Shown one piece after another: positions 10,474 to 17,062 of a DNA stretch of 37,153 bases; position 1 is the stretch's first letter; every line of letters starts with the position of its first letter. The translations under genes were made by a program, and so were the position numbers. The DNA comes from an uncultured virus (IMG/VR IMGVR_UViG_3300012009_000259). Its lineage: Duplodnaviria > Heunggongvirae > Uroviricota > Caudoviricetes. The notes under the pieces were generated by a model. The model was not told the DNA's origin, made no database searches, and was given only the letters and a program-made list of their open reading frames with translations. The stretch lies in IMG/VR virus record IMGVR_UViG_3300012009_000259; one strand, 5' to 3'.

Positions 10474-10491
10474 AGCGCAGAGGGTCAGTTA

Positions 10492-10568
10492 GCCCCCATA
10501 GCTCAATTGGATAGAGCGCCTGGTTGCGGACTAGGAGGTTTCAAGTTCAAGTCTTGATGGGGGTGCCA
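10492..10568 (+). tRNA. tRNA-Arg(GCG)
   Basis: Cloverleaf with acceptor GCCCCCA/TGGGGGT, anticodon arm CCTGG-TTGCGGA-CTAGG, T-loop TTCAAGT, encoded CCA. Confidence 0.93.
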
Positions 10569-10575
10569 AAGGAGG

Positions 10576-11103
10576 ATGGAAATGTCAGTGCTATTGTTAA
10601 ACGCAAGCTTCGAGCCGCTAAACGTCGTCTCTGAAAAAGAGGCGGTGTGTTACATGGTGGGCGGTAAGGCCGTGCCTGCAACCAGTGAAATAAAGGCACG
10701 GTTTCGAACAGTTAAAGACGTGTTCGAGGTTCCCTCCATCCTCAGATTGAAATACTATGTGAACGTGCCACATAGAAAGGTGTCCTGGTCACGACACAAT
10801 GTAATCGCTAAGCGTGATGATTACACCTGTATCTACTGTGGCCGCAGGCCAGGAGACCTACAGGATGGACAAAGGCTGGGGAAGGGGGGCTTCACCCTCG
10901 AACACATCATCCCCAGGTCAAGGGGCGGGAAAGATACGTGGGGTAACACCGCATGTGCTTGCTACAAATGCAACCACCGAAAAGGGAACCGCACCCCCAA
11001 CGAAGCGGGGATGAAGTTGCTATGGGAGCCTAAACGGCCCCGCACGAATTATTTAGTCGCCAGCGGGGAAATCCCCGAAGAGTGGAAAATCTATATAGGA
11101 TAG
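10576..11103 (+). CDS. HNH endonuclease (McrA-like family)
   Basis: VLLLNASFEPL N-terminus, RDDYTCIYCG, TLEHIIPRSRGGKDTWGNTACACYKCNHRKGNRTP. Confidence 0.92.
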   Translation: MEMSVLLLNASFEPLNVVSEKEAVCYMVGGKAVPATSEIKARFRTVKDVFEVPSILRLKYYVNVPHRKVSWSRHNVIAKRDDYTCIYCGRRPGDLQDGQRLGKGGFTLEHIIPRSRGGKDTWGNTACACYKCNHRKGNRTPNEAGMKLLWEPKRPRTNYLVASGEIPEEWKIYIG

Positions 11104-11105
11104 GC

Positions 11106-11139
11106 AAATTCCGAGAAGGTAAAAACCTTCTCGGAATTT
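11106..11139. repeat. Perfect 15-bp inverted repeat (terminator or operator)
   Basis: AAATTCCGAGAAGGT-aaaa-ACCTTCTCGGAATTT. Confidence 0.85.
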
Positions 11140-11165
11140 CACATTATAACAACAGGAGATTCAAG

Positions 11166-11471
11166 ATGAGAGCAAAAAGCATTTTAGTTTCAAGGGATGC
11201 GGTTGAGACCGCTGCCCCTCTAACAGATAGAGGGGTATCCTTTAATTCTCTACTTCCAATCGCCCTTTTAATGGGCATTGCGCCGAATGATGAAGATTAC
11301 CCTTCGCGTGGGGGGCAGTCTATACGACGCTCAATGCGGTTGCCAGAAAACCAATGGAAAAAGGTTGAGAAAGTGCGTCAAGATTTAGAGAAAACGAGGT
11401 CGCAAGTGGTATCCGCTTATATTAGGGCTATGGCAAGAGAGATCGCCGCGCCCTCACTCGTATTCGATTGA
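11166..11471 (+). CDS. Putative ribbon-helix-helix DNA-binding protein
   Basis: AGGAG RBS. RRSMRLPENQWKKVEKVRQDLEKTRSQVVSAYI fits the RHH pattern; the N-terminal half may be a second degenerate RHH. Confidence 0.6.
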   Translation: MRAKSILVSRDAVETAAPLTDRGVSFNSLLPIALLMGIAPNDEDYPSRGGQSIRRSMRLPENQWKKVEKVRQDLEKTRSQVVSAYIRAMAREIAAPSLVFD

Positions 11472-11475
11472 AGCA

Positions 11476-11916
11476 CTACCTATTGTCTTCTTTGGTGGTA
11501 CTATGACGCCTTCTGTGGCACTTCGGGCATAGATACGCTGTTTCACTTACGGGAACCAAGTAGTAATCGGCTACTCGGTTGGCAAACTCTTCATACAAAA
11601 ATAACCATGCCGCTCCGCTACCTGCGTTCTCGTAGCATTTTCGCTTAGCCTCGTCCATCTTCGTTTTTAAGCTATCATCAAGATGGTGCCAATGGAAGCG
11701 TTTGTATCTGCTGCTTCTCCGACTTACACCACAGTCCTCACACTCTAACGGCTGAGGGGTTCTGCGGAAAGTGTACTCCCCCCTGAAAAACTGCACTGTG
11801 TCCTTACTCCATTCCGAGATATGTTGTGGGATGTGCAAACCGCGTTGGTGCGCGACCCTCTTTAATATGCTAAGGGCAATTTGTGTTCGTGCTGCAAGCA
11901 ATATCGTGGCTGCCAT
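11476..11916 (-). CDS. HNH-like zinc-binding protein
   Basis: CEDC ... FHWHHL ... LCPKCHRRRH; AGGAGG RBS. Confidence 0.6.
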   Translation of the reverse strand: MAATILLAARTQIALSILKRVAHQRGLHIPQHISEWSKDTVQFFRGEYTFRRTPQPLECEDCGVSRRSSRYKRFHWHHLDDSLKTKMDEAKRKCYENAGSGAAWLFLYEEFANRVADYYLVPVSETAYLCPKCHRRRHSTTKEDNR

Positions 11917-11994
11917 ATTCCTCCTGTTCTGTTTGGATTTACACTATCTTACTATAATATACCAACCGAGGATTCACCACCAAGAGGGGGAAAC

Positions 11995-12666
11995 ATGAAC
12001 GCAAGAAGATACAGTGAAGGGCTGAGGATCGATCACAAGAGCCTATCGAGGGATTTAGCCACAGCAGTAGGTATCTTCAGCAGTAATATGCTCAAGGTCT
12101 TTTCGTACCAAAGTAGTACGCAGACCTTGGTACACAGGATAGAGAGGTTTGACCCCAAAAATCTACACTTCAGTTCATCCAAGAAGAGTCGTGCCATAGT
12201 AGAGTGGGCTACAAGTCCCACCCTTGAAAGACGTGCTCATGAGGTAAGAGACATATTACTGAGAAGGGAAAAGGGGGGAGAGTTTACTATCCAGGAGCGG
12301 GGGGGGGAAACCCTGTTCAGAGGTAAGGTAACACCAGTCGAAGGCTATTACGAAGCGCACCTAAAGAATGGGGCTGCATTGATAACAAGGCGTCTTTGGG
12401 TGTTCCCGTGCCATATCTTGATTAGGGATAATAGCGCCCCACCGCCAGAAGCGTATAGTATGGTGTGGAAGGTAGAAGTCCCAAAGGCTGACTTACCAGC
12501 AGTGTTAAATCCATCAGAGGAAGAGGTGGTGATAAACGGTGTCAAGGTTATGGCCTACAGGAGCGGTGTTGTTATAGGAGACATACAGAAGGTGGGGGCT
12601 CTTCGTTTATTGCCCTGGGAAGCGGCATCTGCCTTAGATGAAGCAATTACAAGGACAAGGAGATAG
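11995..12666 (+). CDS. Hypothetical protein
   Basis: TATAAT at about 11953 and a GAGGGGG RBS before ATG 11995. Confidence 0.7.
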   Translation: MNARRYSEGLRIDHKSLSRDLATAVGIFSSNMLKVFSYQSSTQTLVHRIERFDPKNLHFSSSKKSRAIVEWATSPTLERRAHEVRDILLRREKGGEFTIQERGGETLFRGKVTPVEGYYEAHLKNGAALITRRLWVFPCHILIRDNSAPPPEAYSMVWKVEVPKADLPAVLNPSEEEVVINGVKVMAYRSGVVIGDIQKVGALRLLPWEAASALDEAITRTRR

Positions 12667-12667
12667 A

Positions 12668-13330
12668 ATGGATTTTACAAAAGGCAACATAGAAGTGGCG
12701 AGCATTCGCAAAGTTGCCGAACTATCGAGGAAGTGGGGGATTTACATAGAGCAAGAGTACTTTGCATCTCCCTCATCTTCGGTGCTTTTCTATGTTCGGG
12801 ACAGGGGCAGTATGTTTTTGGTAGGGGATGGGGTTGATGTTATTGTTTTCGACGCCAAAGGCAAACACAATGAAACGATCACCCCCAAAGATAGAGAGCG
12901 TTTCATAAGTCTTTATGAAAGAACCAGAGAGATTGATAAATTAAAGAGCTACGCAGAAATAGCCCTATCACACTTCAGGTATGCCCTAAAAGTTGTGATC
13001 TTTGCAGATAGAGTAGACCTCTTGGTTATATACCCCCCTGTGGAAGCTTTGCGGGTGCTTATCCCTTTTGATTGCATGGAAAACCACAAGATTAGACGAT
13101 ATGCCTCTAAGGTTATTCGGTCGCAATATCTGGAGAAATGGTGCAAGCCTACGCTATATTATAAAAGCGGGATCCTCACCGTCTTACATGGGCCTATCTC
13201 AGGCTTCCAGGTGAGGCTGAATCTTGAGTGTGATTGGAACGAGCGAAGAAGAGAGGCTCGTAACATAACCCCGCCAGAAGACATAGATAGCGCCACATCA
13301 GTTGAAATAGATGAAAGCGGGGTGCGGTAG
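12668..13330 (+). CDS. Hypothetical protein
   Basis: AAGGAG RBS; starts 1 nt after the upstream stop. Confidence 0.7.
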   Translation: MDFTKGNIEVASIRKVAELSRKWGIYIEQEYFASPSSSVLFYVRDRGSMFLVGDGVDVIVFDAKGKHNETITPKDRERFISLYERTREIDKLKSYAEIALSHFRYALKVVIFADRVDLLVIYPPVEALRVLIPFDCMENHKIRRYASKVIRSQYLEKWCKPTLYYKSGILTVLHGPISGFQVRLNLECDWNERRREARNITPPEDIDSATSVEIDESGVR

Positions 13331-13400
13331 TTTAGTGGGGGGTATTGGGGGTTATTTGGGAAGGTAGTTTAGTTGCGAACAAAAACTTTGGGACTTTCCG
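13331..13400. repeat. G/C-tract palindromic dispersed repeat, copy A (right arm missing)
   Basis: TTTAGTGGGGGGTATTGGGGG..GAAGGTAGTTTAGTTGCGAACAAAAACTTTGGGACTTTCC matches the copies at 16094 and 37085. Confidence 0.7.
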
Positions 13401-13409
13401 ACAAGAGAA

Positions 13410-13590
13410 GGGCACGATGGGAAGCAGCCGCAAATCGCTGAGCATGTCGTAGAATTTGGCATACTCTGTGTCGTCCTGGGCGATATGCGATGCAACCTGT
13501 CCGAACATTCCTGAAATACTCTCAGTCGGCTTTCCGTCTTTTCCTTTACGCAGGTATCTGCGTCTTACGATCTCGGCTCCGTTTAGAGTA
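13410..13590 (-). pseudogene. nrdJ: Fragment of ribonucleotide reductase large-subunit N-terminus (class II NrdJ-like)
   Basis: LNGAEIVRRRYLRKGKDGKPTESISGMFGQVASHIA...FYDMLSDLRLLP matches the RYL..G.P.E..EMF.RVA...FY..L....FLPNSP pattern. No RBS or start, and the similarity breaks off. Confidence 0.7.
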
Positions 13591-13614
13591 GTGAAACAGT
13601 ACAGGAGGTTGGCC

Positions 13615-13878
13615 GTGAAGAAAAGGTGTATTGGCAGATGTGTTACCCTACCAGCGGAGAGTATTAACAGGATGGTAGAAACGGCTCGCAGGGTCACCCT
13701 AAGTGAATTCCTCTCTGAAGTGCATTACCCCAGTTGTAATCACTTGCTCTACAAATTGGGGTATGGGCCAGCGTACCCAATCGAGCGAGACCAATATGTC
13801 GAGTTTTACAGATCGACCTTCGAGGGGCAATCCTGTGTGTTCATGGTTCACAGCAGGATAGAGTATGTGTTTGTCTGA
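13615..13878 (+). CDS. Small phage-type hypothetical protein
   Basis: AGGAGG RBS and GTG at 13615; MKKRCIGRCV...HSRIEYVFV. Confidence 0.7.
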   Translation: MKKRCIGRCVTLPAESINRMVETARRVTLSEFLSEVHYPSCNHLLYKLGYGPAYPIERDQYVEFYRSTFEGQSCVFMVHSRIEYVFV

Positions 13879-13884
13879 TTGGGT

Positions 13885-13913
13885 TTGACTTTTATGCACC
13901 AATCTGGTAGAAT
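13885..13913 (+). promoter_or_regulatory. Sigma70-type promoter with palindromic spacer (copy 2)
   Basis: TTGACT-tttatgcACCAatcTGG-TAGAAT, 17-nt spacer. Confidence 0.8.
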
Positions 13914-13945
13914 ATAAGAGAACCAAGGAAGGTAAGGAGATAGCA

Positions 13946-14008
13946 GTGAAATTCTTTAGCACGTCATCCAGTTCGACAACAACCGAGGGGGTAAGATCGG
14001 TTCGGTGA
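13946..14008 (+). CDS. Putative Ser/Thr-rich attenuator leader peptide MKFFSTSSSSTTTEGVRSVR
   Basis: TAAGGAG RBS, then GTG AAA TTC TTT AGC ACG TCA TCC AGT TCG ACA ACA ACC GAG GGG GTA AGA TCG GTT CGG TGA. Lies between the promoter and the terminator upstream of the Ser/Thr tRNAs. Confidence 0.8.
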   Translation: MKFFSTSSSSTTTEGVRSVR

Positions 14009-14032
14009 TGCTGCCATAAGGAGAGTAGCTGC

Positions 14033-14067
14033 AAGAGGGGCGCACACCAGCGCCCCTCTTTTGTTTT
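14033..14067 (+). terminator. Intrinsic terminator (attenuator 3:4 hairpin) directly upstream of the tRNA array
   Basis: AAGAGGGGCGC-acacca-GCGCCCCTCTT-TTGTTTT. Confidence 0.85.
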
Positions 14068-14071
14068 ACAT

Positions 14072-14158
14072 GGAAGGGTGACAGAGTGGATTATCGTGGC
14101 CGTCTGCTAAGCGGTTTGCGTCTAAAAGCGCACGCGGGTTCGAATCCCGCCCCTTCCG
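14072..14158 (+). tRNA. tRNA-Ser(GCT)
   Basis: Acceptor GGAAGGG/CCCTTCC plus G73, loop CTGCTAA, long variable arm, GTTCGAATC; CCA not encoded. Confidence 0.93.
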
Positions 14159-14194
14159 CTCAGTACAAGATAGGACTTTAACAGAAGAAGACTC

Positions 14195-14281
14195 GGAGAG
14201 GTGTCAGAGTGGATTATCGTAACGGTTTCGAAAACCGTTGTAGTGTTACAGCTACCGTGGGTTCGAATCCCACCCTCTCCG
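14195..14281 (+). tRNA. tRNA-Ser(CGA)
   Basis: GGAGAGG/CCTCTCC plus G, ACGGT-TTCGAAA-ACCGT, long variable arm. Confidence 0.93.
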
Positions 14282-14330
14282 CTAGTATTACACCGTACCT
14301 GAAACCTGTGAGTATAATGTAACAGGTCTT

Positions 14331-14402
14331 GCCGATGTAGCTCAAAGGTAGAGCATCCGCTTCGTAAGCGGGGGGTTGTGGGTTCGAGTCCTACCTTCGG
14401 CT
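14331..14402 (+). tRNA. tRNA-Thr(CGT)
   Basis: GCCGATG/CTTCGGC, TCCGC-TTCGTAA-GCGGG, GTTCGAGTC. Confidence 0.9.
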
Positions 14403-14430
14403 TTTTATCCAACACGGTAAGGGGGCAGAT

Positions 14431-14661
14431 ATGGGGGAAGGTATCTCACTTAAGAGTGTTTTAATGCACATTCTAGTAGGGGCACCAATTCTAGTCGTGT
14501 TAGTTGCGGCTATTTATGCCGCGATGAGGCTCGTGTTTAGGTATTGGTATTTGTTAGATGAGGTGCTTTGGGGGATCGTGTTTATATCTATGTCATATAT
14601 AGCGGGGTACTTGGCAAAGGAAGCGCAGACACAGATACGTTTTGCACGATCAAAGAAGTAA
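14431..14661 (+). CDS. Small two-TM membrane protein within the tRNA array
   Basis: AAGGGGG RBS, two hydrophobic helices. Confidence 0.65.
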   Translation: MGEGISLKSVLMHILVGAPILVVLVAAIYAAMRLVFRYWYLLDEVLWGIVFISMSYIAGYLAKEAQTQIRFARSKK

Positions 14662-14666
14662 ATTCT

Positions 14667-14753
14667 GGAGGGGTGGCAGAGCGGACGAATGCGGCGGTCT
14701 AGAAAACCGTTGTGGCTGCAAGGTCACCGTGGGTTCGAATCCCACCCCCTCCG
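14667..14753 (+). tRNA. tRNA-Ser(AGA)
   Basis: GGAGGGG/CCCCTCC plus G, GCGGT-CTAGAAA-ACCGT, long variable arm. Confidence 0.9.
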
Positions 14754-14759
14754 CTACAT

Positions 14760-14831
14760 GCTGATGTAACTCAATGATAGAGTACCTGTTTTGTAAACAG
14801 GGAGTTGTGGGTTCGAATCCCACCTTCAGCT
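14760..14831 (+). tRNA. tRNA-Thr(TGT), D-loop lacks GG
   Basis: GCTGATG/CTTCAGC, CCTGT-TTTGTAA-ACAGG, GTTCGAATC. Confidence 0.85.
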
Positions 14832-14926
14832 CTTACCTGCACAGTTGAGTAGTAATTCGAAATATCACAGAACCGATACTCAAGAAGTATAATGTTCTAA
14901 GGATTCACTTAGAACGGAGGATATAA

Positions 14927-15697
14927 TTGACGGTAAGGAACGATAGAGTAGTTTCGTATGTGGATGTCTGTGATATAAAAGTGTCCCTCCCTCATTCTTA
15001 CCTTAACGTTGATAGGGTAGGTATATATATTAGATACCTGGGGAGACCAGTTGCGGTGGCCTATGACTCTATTAGCTCGATACATAGGACAGACCTTATC
15101 GAAACGGACTATAGAAGCATCGAGGCCCTCTTTGACAGATACCTTGGGGTAAGCGTGTTGGAGAGCCCCGTAGACCTTAAAGGTCTTAGGTTGGTTCCAC
15201 ACCATAGAGATGGTGTGCAACTAGAAGATGATAAAGGGAAGGTGCTTACCGCAGGCGCTTTAAGAGCCCCATCCTATTTTGGCGCTTTTATGAATGTGAG
15301 AGCGTTCCTGGAGGGGCAGCGGGACTTAGTGCGAGTTATGGCTGACTGGAGTTTGGGGCTTTCGGTAGCCAGGATTGGGGGCAGGTATTTCGTTTACAAG
15401 GGGGACAAGTCAAGGCGCGAGCGGTATAGATACTTTGAGACATACCCCTACGTTTTGAGAGATTTGCTCGCGTTAGGCGGGGAGGGGGGCAGGCATCGGC
15501 ACTATATCTTATTTAGGAATGGCTCAATTTACTTCTCTGGTGAAGGGGCAGATAAGGCCCAGTTTAGGGAAGAGGTCAGTAGAATTTTTCCAAGGGGCCT
15601 TAAGATGCTTAAGCGATTTGGGCACTTGTCGCGCCCCCAGGCAAGCGCCGAACTAAAGCCCCAGGACATGAGGGAGTATAGTTGCAGTTGGGGATAG
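14927..15697 (+). CDS. Hypothetical protein within the tRNA array
   Basis: GGAGG RBS, TTG start, 256 aa. Confidence 0.7.
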   Translation: MTVRNDRVVSYVDVCDIKVSLPHSYLNVDRVGIYIRYLGRPVAVAYDSISSIHRTDLIETDYRSIEALFDRYLGVSVLESPVDLKGLRLVPHHRDGVQLEDDKGKVLTAGALRAPSYFGAFMNVRAFLEGQRDLVRVMADWSLGLSVARIGGRYFVYKGDKSRRERYRYFETYPYVLRDLLALGGEGGRHRHYILFRNGSIYFSGEGADKAQFREEVSRIFPRGLKMLKRFGHLSRPQASAELKPQDMREYSCSWG

Positions 15698-15703
15698 TTA
15701 TTT

Positions 15704-15776
15704 GCCCATATAGCTCAGTTGGCAGAGCGCATCCTTGGTAAGGATGAGGTCGCGGGTTCAACTCCCGCTGTGGGCT
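15704..15776 (+). tRNA. tRNA-Thr(GGT)
   Basis: GCCCATA/TGTGGGC, CATCC-TTGGTAA-GGATG. Confidence 0.93.
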
Positions 15777-15781
15777 CTTAT

Positions 15782-15868
15782 GGAAGGGTGTCAGAGTGGA
15801 TTATCGTGACGGTCTTGAAAACCGTTGTAGCTGTGAGGCTACCGAGGGTTCGAATCCCTCCCCTTCCG
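15782..15868 (+). tRNA. tRNA-Ser(TGA)
   Basis: GGAAGGG/CCCTTCC plus G, ACGGT-CTTGAAA-ACCGT, long variable arm. Confidence 0.93.
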
Positions 15869-15874
15869 CTAAAT

Positions 15875-15947
15875 GCCGATGTAGCACAATTGGTAGTGCA
15901 TCCGCTTTGTAAGCGGGGGGTTGTGGGTTCGAGTCCCACCTTCGGCT
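15875..15947 (+). tRNA. tRNA-Thr(TGT), second copy
   Basis: GCCGATG/CTTCGGC, TCCGC-TTTGTAA-GCGGG. Confidence 0.9.
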
Positions 15948-16093
15948 CTGTAATCACACCATCAGGTCATGCGCTTCATCAACCTCACTTAGCGTACAAA
16001 CTCTGCTTGCAAAGTCTTCTAAAAGTGACCCTGGCATATATATCCTTCCATGCGCCTTTTCTTTATTATATTGCATAGGGCACAGTTAATAGC

Positions 16094-16190
16094 GTAGGTT
16101 GGGGGGGTGGGGGGCATTTACAGAAAGTAATTTAGTTGGGAGCAAAAACCTTTTTACTTTCCAAAATACCCCCCCATCCCCCCTACTAAA
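16094..16190. repeat. G/C-tract palindromic dispersed repeat, copy B (complete)
   Basis: GGGGGGGTGGGGGGCATTT..GAAAGTAA-core-TTACTTTC..AAATACCCCCCCATCCCCCC. Confidence 0.8.
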
Positions 16191-16216
16191 ATCTCTATAC
16201 GCCGAAAATCTGCCCC

Positions 16217-16245
16217 TTGACAAAAATGCACCAGTGTGGTAACCT
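16217..16245 (+). promoter_or_regulatory. Sigma70-type promoter with palindromic spacer (copy 3)
   Basis: TTGACA-aaaatgcACCAgtgTGG-TAACCT, 17-nt spacer. Confidence 0.75.
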
Positions 16246-16305
16246 TAGAGATGTAAACATTATATGCTTCCCATGAAGGGGAAGCCACAGCCAAGGAGGG
16301 CTAGA

Positions 16306-16980
16306 ATGTTAAGCAAAGTTATGACTGAGGCAGTTCGATACACCCGCAAAGAAGTAGAAGAACTCACCCCTTTTAGCGCCTACGATATTACACTTCGCAT
16401 CCGCGATGCGAACCCTGACCTGTACGTAAGACACGACAATACCGTTCGTGGCATTGTTCATGGGTACATGGCGTGCCTAATAGACAAAGGGGAATACAAG
16501 CGAAAGTTGGTGAAAGACCCCGAAAGCGGTGCGAATTATTACCTCTACTACCCTAACATTAACCAAGATACGCTTGACTTTGTAAAGGGGTGGGTGAGGG
16601 CACGATACACCTTTACTCCCCAATCTATTGCTATAGAAATGAGCAAAGAGGGAGTTTCTCAGCAGAGTGTAACTCGTGCTATTGAGGTAACTATCCAAGA
16701 TGCGGAATATAAAACGGTAGAGAGGGAGCACGATGCGGAAATTTTTTACCTCTATCGTCCTGTAGGCATTATACAGGATGTTTCGCGGGGTTCGAGTTGG
16801 CTGGAAGGTTGGCAGTACACCAGTGGTGTATTGACTATCTATAAACAGGATGGTAAGGTCTTCATGTATGACGACGTAGATGCTGACTGTGTAGTTGGCC
16901 TCGCGCAAGCCGAGAGCGTTGGTCGCTACTTCAACCGTCACATCAAAAACAACTACGCATACACCTCCGTTATTCCGTAG
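16306..16980 (+). CDS. KTSC-domain protein with two N-terminal repeats
   Basis: AGGAGG RBS. C-terminal SSWLEGWQY..GVLTIY..GKVFMYDDV......L.QAESVGRYFNRHIKNNY is the KTSC signature. Confidence 0.8.
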   Translation: MLSKVMTEAVRYTRKEVEELTPFSAYDITLRIRDANPDLYVRHDNTVRGIVHGYMACLIDKGEYKRKLVKDPESGANYYLYYPNINQDTLDFVKGWVRARYTFTPQSIAIEMSKEGVSQQSVTRAIEVTIQDAEYKTVEREHDAEIFYLYRPVGIIQDVSRGSSWLEGWQYTSGVLTIYKQDGKVFMYDDVDADCVVGLAQAESVGRYFNRHIKNNYAYTSVIP

Positions 16981-16992
16981 TAGAGGTTCTAT

Positions 16993-17024
16993 AGGGGCGT
17001 CTTGGGTCGAACGCCAGGACGCCC
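16993..17024 (+). other. Intergenic GC-rich hairpin
   Basis: GGGGCGTCTTGG..CCAGGACGCCCC between the KTSC and PARP genes; weak U-tract. Confidence 0.55.
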
Positions 17025-17062
17025 CTTCAGTATAAACCTTCAGTATAAAGGAGGAAACGCCG

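Noticed and set aside
10492..10568. tRNA as an integration (att) site marking an element boundary
   Set aside because: No integrase and no duplicated tRNA 3' end were found, and gene style is similar on both sides.
13332..14034. ORFs 13332..13697 and 13699..14034 (minus strand) as real genes
   Set aside because: They have no RBS and are antisense to the 13615 gene, the promoter and the leader. Only the nrdJ-like segment has recognisable similarity.
13914..14067. T-box riboswitch upstream of the tRNA array
   Set aside because: There is no TGGNACCGCG T-box motif and the leader is short; a translated leader with an RBS explains it better.
14122..14415. 97-aa minus-strand ORF (also 15719..16078 and 27857..28129)
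   Set aside because: These are shadow translations of tRNA genes.
14694..14710. Reading the tRNA at 14667 as an amber suppressor (CTA in the loop)
   Set aside because: The stem GCGGT/ACCGT fixes a 7-nt loop CTAGAAA, so positions 34-36 are AGA, not CTA.
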